Shown in pieces: positions 37,025 to 43,009 of a DNA stretch of 43,009 nucleotides (position 1 is the stretch's first letter; the number at the start of each line of letters is the position of its first letter). The position numbers and the translations under genes are program-made. The stretch is from IMG/VR virus record IMGVR_UViG_3300048855_000065, positions 1-43,009 of that record; one strand, 5' to 3'. The DNA comes from a virus. Taxonomy: Duplodnaviria; Caudoviricetes. Under the pieces are notes generated by a model. That model searched no databases, was not told where the DNA came from, and worked only from the letters and a program-made list of their open reading frames with translations.

Positions 37025-37459
37025 ATGCCCGACCGCGGACTGCCCCAGTGGGCCCGACGCACGCTGCGCGTGCTGCGCGTGGTCCTCTACGCCCTGCTCG
37101 CGCTCGCGGGCCTCGCCGCGATCATCTGGTCCCCGGTGACGATCGCGTCGTCAGCCGGCCTCGCCCTGACCCGCACGCTGGGTGCGGTCGCCCTCGCGGC
37201 CTCGCTCGTGTGCCTGGTCTCCCAGCTGCTGTACCGGTGGATCTGGGAGTGGCTCGCCGTCTGGTGGATCGGCGCCGCGATCGGGCTCTACGCCATGACG
37301 GTCTGGGCGCTCGCGGTCGACAACTCCGGCCGCACGCTGCAGGCGGCCCTGGTGAGCGCCGCGAGCGTCATGCTGCTCATCCGCGGGGTCGACCTCGGCG
37401 CCTTCGCATCCACCCACCCCGGGACCCGCCGCCGCGCACGCCCCGGTGGCCGCCGGTGA
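37025..37459 (+). CDS. 4-TM membrane protein (holin-like)
   Basis: Four hydrophobic helices, basic C-terminus; start of the lysis region. Confidence 0.7.
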   Translation: MPDRGLPQWARRTLRVLRVVLYALLALAGLAAIIWSPVTIASSAGLALTRTLGAVALAASLVCLVSQLLYRWIWEWLAVWWIGAAIGLYAMTVWALAVDNSGRTLQAALVSAASVMLLIRGVDLGAFASTHPGTRRRARPGGRR

Positions 37460-37821
37460 ACCCGAAGCTCGACCTGCTGCAGGTGCTCTCGCTCACCGTC
37501 ACCGCCCTGTTCGGCGGCGGCGGCGCGGTCGCCGCGTACAACGCCCGGATCGCCAAGCGCCGCGGCGTCGCCTCCGACGAGCGCGAGGCCCGCCGCGACG
37601 CGCAGGCCGACTGGTCGACGTTCGCGACCGAGATGCGCCAGGCGCTCGCGGAGGAACGCCAGGACTCGGCGGCCAAGACGTCTCGGATCGACGCGCTGAC
37701 CGTCCGCCTCGAGGCCAAGGACGCCGGCGTGCGCCAGCGCGACGACCACATCGACGTGCTCGAGGCGTGGATCTGGGCCCGCAAGGAACCGCCCCCGCCG
37801 CCGCGCCCCTACACCGACTGA
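37456..37821 (+). CDS. 1-TM coiled-coil lysis-associated protein
   Basis: N-terminal TM with GGGG, coiled coil, C-terminal PPPPPRP. Confidence 0.7.
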   Translation: MNPKLDLLQVLSLTVTALFGGGGAVAAYNARIAKRRGVASDEREARRDAQADWSTFATEMRQALAEERQDSAAKTSRIDALTVRLEAKDAGVRQRDDHIDVLEAWIWARKEPPPPPRPYTD

Positions 37822-37837
37822 CCGCACCACCCCCGCC

Positions 37838-37867
37838 AAGCCCCGCCAGCACCCGCTGGCGGGGCTT
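37838..37867 (+). terminator. Hairpin inside the lysis region
   Basis: 13-bp perfect stem AAGCCCCGCCAGC-ACCC-GCTGGCGGGGCTT. Confidence 0.6.
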
Positions 37868-37885
37868 CGTCATGAGGAGGAACCG

Positions 37886-38035
37886 ATGCCCAGCGCGACC
37901 GACACCCCGCCGCTCAACGAGCTCGCAGACGACACCGACACCCGGGACTGGGACCCCGCCGTCGACGGCGCGTTCGCGGACGCGGCGAGCGACGACGAGC
38001 CCGAGACCATCCCCTACACCCCGACGGAGGCCTGA
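37886..38035 (+). CDS. 49-aa acidic peptide (not in ORF track)
   Basis: GAGGAGG RBS; MPSATDTPPLNELADD...PTEA. Confidence 0.65.
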   Translation: MPSATDTPPLNELADDTDTRDWDPAVDGAFADAASDDEPETIPYTPTEA

Positions 38036-38037
38036 CC

Positions 38038-39009
38038 GTGCCGTACCAGCTGCAGATCCCCGACGCGCTCGCCGCGTTCGGGCTGCCCGTCGAGGTCGTG
38101 CCCGGATGGCAGGGCCGCGGGTCCTCGGCGTTCAACCCCGGCGGCGTCGTCTGCCACTGGACCGCCGGCCCCCGCGGGACCGCCGCGCGCCCCTCGCTCA
38201 ACGTCGTCGTCAACGGCCGCGCGGGGCTGCCCGGGCCGCTCGCCCAGGTCTACCTCGACCGCCGCGGCGTCCCGGTGGTCGTGGCCGCCGGCCGCGCCAA
38301 CCACGCCGGCGCCGGCGGGTACAACGGCCTGGTCGGCAACTCCTCGGTGTTCGGCATCGAGGCCGAGTGCGGCGGGGACGGCGACTGGACCGACTCCCAG
38401 CGCGCCGCCTACCCGAAGGTCGTCGCCGCGCTGCTGCGCTCCAAGGGCCTCGGCGCCCAGTGGGCCCTCGGCCACAGCGAGTGGGCGCCCCGCCGCAAGA
38501 TCGACATCCGGGACTGGACCATGCCCGCGATGCGCGAGCAGGTCGCCCGCCTCCTCGGGCAGCCCAGCCCGGGCGGCGGCTCCGTGGGGGTCACCAAGCC
38601 GGCCGCGGACACCCGGCCCCGCAACGCCGACGGCTCCCTGCGCATCGCCGTCGACGGGGTCCGCGGCCCCGCCACGATCGCCCGCTGGCAGGAGGTCATG
38701 GCCACCCCGATCGACGGTGCGCTGTCCACGCCGTCCACCGTCGTGCGCGCCGACCAGGCGTTCCTCAACGGCGCCGTCCCGGCAGGCAACATCCGCGACC
38801 TGACCGGCGCCCCCGCGCTCGCCGTCGACGGGCGCGAGGGCCCCAAGACGATCAAGGTCCGGCAGTTCTGGCTGTTCAACCGCCAGGCCACCGCGGTCCT
38901 CGGCCGCGGCGCCCAGCTCACCGACTTCGACGGCATCGCCGGGCAGACCACCACCCGGCTCCACCAGCACGCCCTCAACCAGGCCACCGCCCGCACGGGG
39001 CGGTACTGA
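38038..39009 (+). CDS. Endolysin (Amidase_2 plus peptidoglycan-binding repeats)
   Basis: HWTAG, ANHAG, GIEAE, GHSEW..KID; repeated VDGxxGxxT. Confidence 0.93.
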   Translation: MPYQLQIPDALAAFGLPVEVVPGWQGRGSSAFNPGGVVCHWTAGPRGTAARPSLNVVVNGRAGLPGPLAQVYLDRRGVPVVVAAGRANHAGAGGYNGLVGNSSVFGIEAECGGDGDWTDSQRAAYPKVVAALLRSKGLGAQWALGHSEWAPRRKIDIRDWTMPAMREQVARLLGQPSPGGGSVGVTKPAADTRPRNADGSLRIAVDGVRGPATIARWQEVMATPIDGALSTPSTVVRADQAFLNGAVPAGNIRDLTGAPALAVDGREGPKTIKVRQFWLFNRQATAVLGRGAQLTDFDGIAGQTTTRLHQHALNQATARTGRY

Positions 39010-39010
39010 C

Positions 39011-39157
39011 GTGCGCCGGCGGCTGCGAGACGCCGCGGCGCTCGCGGCCGCCGTCGTCCTCCTGGCGGCCGCCCTCGCGGCCGTCGCCTACGCCGTGGTG
39101 TCGGCGTTCCTCTTCCCCCTGCGCGTGCTCGCCACGCTGATCGGAGCCAACTCGTGA
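39011..39157 (+). CDS. 48-aa membrane peptide (not in ORF track)
   Basis: MRRRLRDAAALAAAVVLLAAALAAVAYAVVSAFLFPLRVLATLIGANS; GTGA overlap with next gene. Confidence 0.55.
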   Translation: MRRRLRDAAALAAAVVLLAAALAAVAYAVVSAFLFPLRVLATLIGANS

Positions 39158-39627
39158 CCCACGCTCTCGCCCCCGTCCCTGCAGCCGCCCCGTGGTGGAA
39201 GCGCGTGCTCGCGCTCGAGCCCGTCGTCGTGCTGACCGTGATCCGCGCCGTCCTGGTGCTCGCCGGCGCCGTGCTCGCCGGATTCGGCCTGGCCGTACCG
39301 GCGACGTTCGAGCCGTGGCTCGTCGGCGTCGTCGTCGCGTTCTACGCCGTCGTCGAGGCGGTCACGGCCGCGGTCACCCGCGCACGCGCGACTCCGAACG
39401 CCAAGGTCGTCCAGACGGTCGAGCCCGACGGCACCGTCGTGGCCGGGCCGGCGTCCGCTCTGCCCACCGGAACGCGTCTCGACGCGGCTGAGACCGAGGA
39501 CGCCGTCCTGAGCGCCCTGGACGACGCTCAGCAGGCAGGAGCCATCGCCCCGGGTGCCGACCTGATCGACATCGGTGCCCACGTGACGAGCGCCCTGGCC
39601 GCCAAGGGCATCACGCCGTCCACCTGA
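39154..39627 (+). CDS. Holin-like 2-TM protein
   Basis: EPV..two TM helices..RARATPNAKVV; follows endolysin. Confidence 0.75.
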   Translation: MTHALAPVPAAAPWWKRVLALEPVVVLTVIRAVLVLAGAVLAGFGLAVPATFEPWLVGVVVAFYAVVEAVTAAVTRARATPNAKVVQTVEPDGTVVAGPASALPTGTRLDAAETEDAVLSALDDAQQAGAIAPGADLIDIGAHVTSALAAKGITPST

Positions 39628-39651
39628 ACCGGCCTTGCACCACGACAACAG

Positions 39652-39688
39652 CGCCCCCGTCCTCCTCCGGGAGGGCGGGGGCGTTCTT
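39652..39688 (+). terminator. Late-operon terminator
   Basis: 14-bp stem, TCCG loop, TTCTT tail. Confidence 0.75.
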
Positions 39689-39853
39689 GCATGTCCGACG
39701 CGTGCATCGCCGGCAAACCGCCCTCATGGCGGTTCGCCCCCGGTTACGATTCCCGGCAGCGCCGGCGGGCGAGCCGGGTCAGCCCCGACGCGCGGCTGCC
39801 GATGTAGCCCAGAGGAGGGCGCTGGGCCCTCCAAGCAGTCGCAGGGGAGAGCA

Positions 39854-40780
39854 GTGGCGTCCAAGGAGAAGCGGGTCGCGTTCTGGCAGGTGCACGTCCT
39901 CGATCAGGCCCAGCGCAGAACGCCGGTCGTCGACTGGCGCGAGCTCATGCAGGGCATCGCGGGTCTGGACATGAGCGAGCTGAGGCACGACGACATCGTC
40001 TACGACCCGCACCTGACTGATGACGCGGTCCTGCTCGGCGTCCACGAGATCCTGAACCCGGCGTTCATGTCGCAGATCGACCTCGCGGGAAAGACGATCA
40101 CCGACTTGATGGACGACCACGAGAGCACGACGGAGAGCGAGCAGGACGCGCCCCCGGCGCTGGCTAACTCGACTGCGCTCTGCTTCTTGCCGGTCGGCAA
40201 CGCCGTGGCGGTGGTGACCGGCAGCGCGACGTCGCCTCGGCCCCCGAAGGTGATCACGGACTTCTTGAACGCCCACGCACCGCAAGGCAAGGGCGCCGTG
40301 TGGGTGGCGGAGGCCATCATGGACCGTGCCGACATCACGCGCTTCAAGGAGGAGTCGCAGGGGGTGGTGCGGTTCGAAGCGACGATCAACACGGTCCGAG
40401 AGGTGTTCAGGCCGGATGACAGCCACGGCGTGGCTCGGTACGCAGACGAGCTCGCGGATCGGACAGGAGGAGACGTGATCGTCGATATCGTCGTCCGCCT
40501 GCCGCCCGAGGCTCGCAGTCGATCGGTGAAGGCGCGGTTGGGCGACCTCGTGAGGGACGACCTCGAGCGCATCGTCGCGAACCCCAAGAGCAAGGCCAAG
40601 GTGACGGCTCTGCTCCCGGGTGGTGTCGAGGAGGAGTTGAACCTCGTCGCGAGTCGCCTCGGCGCTACGATCGAGGTGGACCCGAAGGCGACGGAGAGCT
40701 TGCGCTTCTCGACCCTGCTCGACCACCTCGAGGAGGTCAGCGTCGAGATGGAGGAGAAGGTTCGTGAGCTGCTGGAGTGA
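39854..40780 (+). CDS. Soluble accessory protein, RexA-like defence candidate
   Basis: 308 aa after the lysis terminator, GGAG RBS, more A/T-ending codons than core genes, coupled to a 4-TM gene. Confidence 0.6.
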   Translation: MASKEKRVAFWQVHVLDQAQRRTPVVDWRELMQGIAGLDMSELRHDDIVYDPHLTDDAVLLGVHEILNPAFMSQIDLAGKTITDLMDDHESTTESEQDAPPALANSTALCFLPVGNAVAVVTGSATSPRPPKVITDFLNAHAPQGKGAVWVAEAIMDRADITRFKEESQGVVRFEATINTVREVFRPDDSHGVARYADELADRTGGDVIVDIVVRLPPEARSRSVKARLGDLVRDDLERIVANPKSKAKVTALLPGGVEEELNLVASRLGATIEVDPKATESLRFSTLLDHLEEVSVEMEEKVRELLE

Positions 40781-41313
40781 GGGGGTGGAGCGTGGCGGTT
40801 CGTGATGTACGGATCGGCGTCGTTGACTTCTACGCCGCCCGGCCGTGGGTCGATCTGCTCGCTGTAGCGCTGCTGGGGCTGTTGTGGGTGCTCGCCGGCG
40901 CGGAGCTGCTTACGCCGAGCAGCGCGGCGGCGCGCCTGGAGTTCTACGTGGGTGTGGCGACGCTGGCTGCGCTCGTTCTCGCGGCAGCGACGTTCGTCTG
41001 CACGATGGTCTACCAGTCGGCGAGCCCGCACGTGGAGACGGTGCGAAAGCGGTTCGGTGCCACGCTGAGGACGAACTGGACGGCGATCATCGCGTGGTCG
41101 CTGCTAGCGGCTGCGAGCCCCATCGTGGCGATCCTCCTCGACGAGAAGTACCCGGCTTGGGCGATGGCGATCTCGGTCGTCGCGCTCGGTCTCATCGTGA
41201 TGCGCTTCGCGCGCTCGGTGTACTGGCTGCGGCTGACGCTGTTCCTGCAGCACGTCTCGGACGCCGCCGACCCGGTCTACGTGGTCAAGATGCCCGTGCG
41301 CAAGGCGGGGTAG
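40777..41313 (+). CDS. 4-TM membrane protein, RexB-like candidate
   Basis: Four hydrophobic helices; GTGA overlap with partner. Confidence 0.65.
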   Translation: MRGWSVAVRDVRIGVVDFYAARPWVDLLAVALLGLLWVLAGAELLTPSSAAARLEFYVGVATLAALVLAAATFVCTMVYQSASPHVETVRKRFGATLRTNWTAIIAWSLLAAASPIVAILLDEKYPAWAMAISVVALGLIVMRFARSVYWLRLTLFLQHVSDAADPVYVVKMPVRKAG

Positions 41314-41330
41314 CCCCTCACGCGATGTCG

Positions 41331-41362
41331 GCCCCGTCCTCCTCTATGAGGGCGGGGGCTTC
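41331..41362 (+). terminator. Terminator after the cassette (near-copy of the 39652 hairpin)
   Basis: CCCCGTCCTC...GAGGGCGGGG stem with TTCGT tail. Confidence 0.7.
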
Positions 41363-41460
41363 GTCGTGTCCGGGCTCAGGGCTTGGCGGGCGAGCGCGGC
41401 GTCGACCGCGCGGGGCAACGCCGCTGCCTACTCGCCGTGGCGAGCCGTTGCTCTCGCGTC

Positions 41461-42150
41461 TCAGCTGAGGTCGTCGTCGAGGCCGCGTGAGTCGATAACG
41501 CGCTGCGCCGCATCGCCGAGTCGGGCGCCGGTGGCGAACGCTCGCGCGCGCAGCATGGCCAGGGCGGTTCCCGGGTCGATGTGGTGCAGGCTCATCAGGA
41601 AGCCGACGGCCTGGTTCGTAGCGTCGGCGCGTCCGAGGCCCAGCTCGACCCGCGTAGCGGGGTGCGCAACCAGGAGCAGCGTCACAGCCGAGGCGACGTC
41701 GCCGATCCAGGCGAGCCTCCGGACGGGCTCGGCGCGTTCGGCGTGGACGAGCAGCACTCCGACCGAGGCGTCACCGGCTCCCAGCGGGACCGCGGCGACC
41801 CAGGGCGGGCGCGGGCGTCCGGTGAGTTCGGCGACGAGACCGGCCCACGGCTCGGCGGCGTCCGAGGGCGCCAGCAACACGGCAGTCCCGGCGGTCGCGG
41901 CGCTGGAAATGGGTCCGATGCCGAGGACGTCTTCCGCATCTTCAAGGCCGGTCGCGATCTTCCCGGTCGAGGCGATGACAGTCCTGGGCTCGTCGGCGAA
42001 GGCGGACAGCGATAGCGAAGCGCCGTCGACTCCGAGCACTGATCTCGTCGCCTCGCACAGGCGCTGCGCCACCCCATCGTCCCGAGGGTCGCCTGCAGCT
42101 GCAGCCAGCAGTGCGGTCAGTGCCCTATGCGAAGGCTGTGTCGGATTCAC
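41461..42150 (-). CDS. GAF-ANTAR protein (start may extend to 42201)
   Basis: RLCEAT..GVDGASLS..LEDAEDVLGIGP GAF-like; NQAVGFLM..ALAMLRARAFATGARL..AQRVI ANTAR; TAACGT -10 candidate at 42251-42256. Confidence 0.85.
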   Translation of the reverse strand: MNPTQPSHRALTALLAAAAGDPRDDGVAQRLCEATRSVLGVDGASLSLSAFADEPRTVIASTGKIATGLEDAEDVLGIGPISSAATAGTAVLLAPSDAAEPWAGLVAELTGRPRPPWVAAVPLGAGDASVGVLLVHAERAEPVRRLAWIGDVASAVTLLLVAHPATRVELGLGRADATNQAVGFLMSLHHIDPGTALAMLRARAFATGARLGDAAQRVIDSRGLDDDLS

Positions 42151-42479
42151 GGACCCGTCCCGAGTCGTCCTCGTGCCGCCTGTTCTGGACGACTGCAGCA
42201 AGATCGGTGTCGCAGCTGGGTTGCCGGTGACCGCGGCTGCTGTTCCTCTGACGTTAGGCCCCTAGCCGCGCCGCGCGCCATCCGCGCGCGTGAAGTGGCC
42301 CGCCTCAACGGGGACCGTCGAGGCGGGCCGCTCCTGCTGGCGCACTCTGGGTGGCGACCAGCTGCTCGTGCGGAAGGCAGGGGGGCACGACCGCGCGAGC
42401 GGCAGCATGCTACCCATCAGGTCCCTCGATGCTGCGAGCCGCGGTCAGAACTCGCGCACGCGGTGGGACGCGGTAGTGG

Positions 42480-42581
42480 ATGACCGAGCACGACGGCGCC
42501 GTCGTCCTCGTGCGGATCAGCGACCCGCGCGTGATGACCGGCGCCGTGTGGGTGCCCGCGGCCGACGCACGCCGCCGCTGA
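42480..42581 (+). pseudogene. Probable short gene or gene remnant (33 aa)
   Basis: MTEHDGAVVLVRISDPRVMTGAVWVPAADARRR has good codon usage; in-frame TAG two codons upstream. Confidence 0.3.
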
Positions 42582-42666
42582 GAGGGAGTCCGGTTGGCAG
42601 CCCGGCAGCGGGACGCGCACAAGGCCCAGAGGTTGTACTCCGCTGTACAAGGGATGTACCCGTGAC

Positions 42667-42694
42667 GCTCGCTGCTGCACGTTTGCTGCACGCC
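42667..42694 (+). repeat. Putative integrase arm-type sites (right)
   Basis: 28-bp perfect copy of 591-618. Confidence 0.8.
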
Positions 42695-42742
42695 GCCCTC
42701 TCGGGGGCACCCCATGCCGGGTAAGCATGCAGGTCAGGGGAG

Positions 42743-42815
42743 TGCCCCCACCCGGACTCGAACCGGGAACCGACGGATTAGAAGGCCGTTGCTCTATCCA
42801 TTGAGCTATGGAGGC
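42743..42815 (-). tRNA. tRNA-Arg(UCU), reconstituted with a phage-supplied 3' part (core 42768-42784)
   Basis: GCCTCCATAGCTCAATGGATAGAGCAACGGCCTTCTAATCCGTCGGTTCCCGGTTCGAGTCCGGGTGGGGGCA folds as a cloverleaf; CCA not encoded. Confidence 0.96.
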
Positions 42816-43009
42816 GGGGGCCGGCGGCACGTGGTCGCCGGTCCGGCGCACCAGCCTACGCGGCGTGCCGGGGTCGCGGTCGGGGCCTTCGCCCACCTCG
42901 TCGCAGGTCACACGGCGCGGACGTTTGGCCGTGGTCGCGTTCACACGAGAGGATGACGGGGTGAACGCGCAGGCGGCAGGCTCGGCCGCGAGGGACATCC
43001 TCGACCGGC

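Larger units (their letters stand above)
449..42784. mobile_element. Prophage (temperate siphovirus, excised size ~42,319 bp) in tRNA-Arg(UCU)
   Basis: 17-bp direct-repeat att cores, integrase, immunity switch, and full packaging, head, tail and lysis modules with no obvious broken core gene. Confidence 0.96.

Noticed and set aside
42151-42250. Canonical ANTAR dual-hexaloop target in the ANTAR gene leader
   Set aside because: I could not find two adjacent hairpins with AxxGxx loops by eye
42290-42724. 144-aa ORF near the right att
   Set aside because: Poor codon usage, Arg-rich, and it runs across the arm-site repeats
42727-42739. GCAGGTCA-like motif recurring at 520-532, 17506-17513, 42729 and 42903
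   Set aside because: Short GC-rich 8-mer that also occurs in coding sequence; not distinguishable from chance without a count

Overview
The window holds an apparently complete ~42.3 kb temperate siphovirus prophage in a high-GC actinobacterial chromosome (Micrococcales/Cellulomonas-like is my inference). It is integrated into a minus-strand tRNA-Arg(UCU) gene, with the 17-bp att core AACCGACGGATTAGAAG at 449-465 and 42768-42784. Host flanks are the 3' end of a GH3 glycosidase gene (left) and the 5' half and promoter of the tRNA (right). Gene order: HEPN-motif gene, tyrosine integrase, ImmA-type peptidase, repressor | Cro, Xis, a long translationally coupled early operon (sortase-anchored protein, two ParB proteins, J-domain protein, WhiB, DEDD exonuclease, clamp-like/FtsK-gamma fusion, HNH-containing replication initiator), late promoter, HNH, cos region, TerS/TerL, head, tail, lysis, then accessory genes (RexAB-like pair, GAF-ANTAR). 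The most interesting signals are: (1) a candidate two-gene defence cassette bracketed by near-identical terminator repeats; (2) a HEPN gene beside att; (3) an RNA hairpin whose loop can pair with three downstream copies of a 9-mer, one covering the tail-chaperone start codon; (4) a LAXTG wall-anchored protein in the early operon; (5) a compensatory T-stem swap in the reconstituted tRNA; (6) a DnaA box inside the late promoter. All protein calls come from motif recognition and synteny; no database searches were run.
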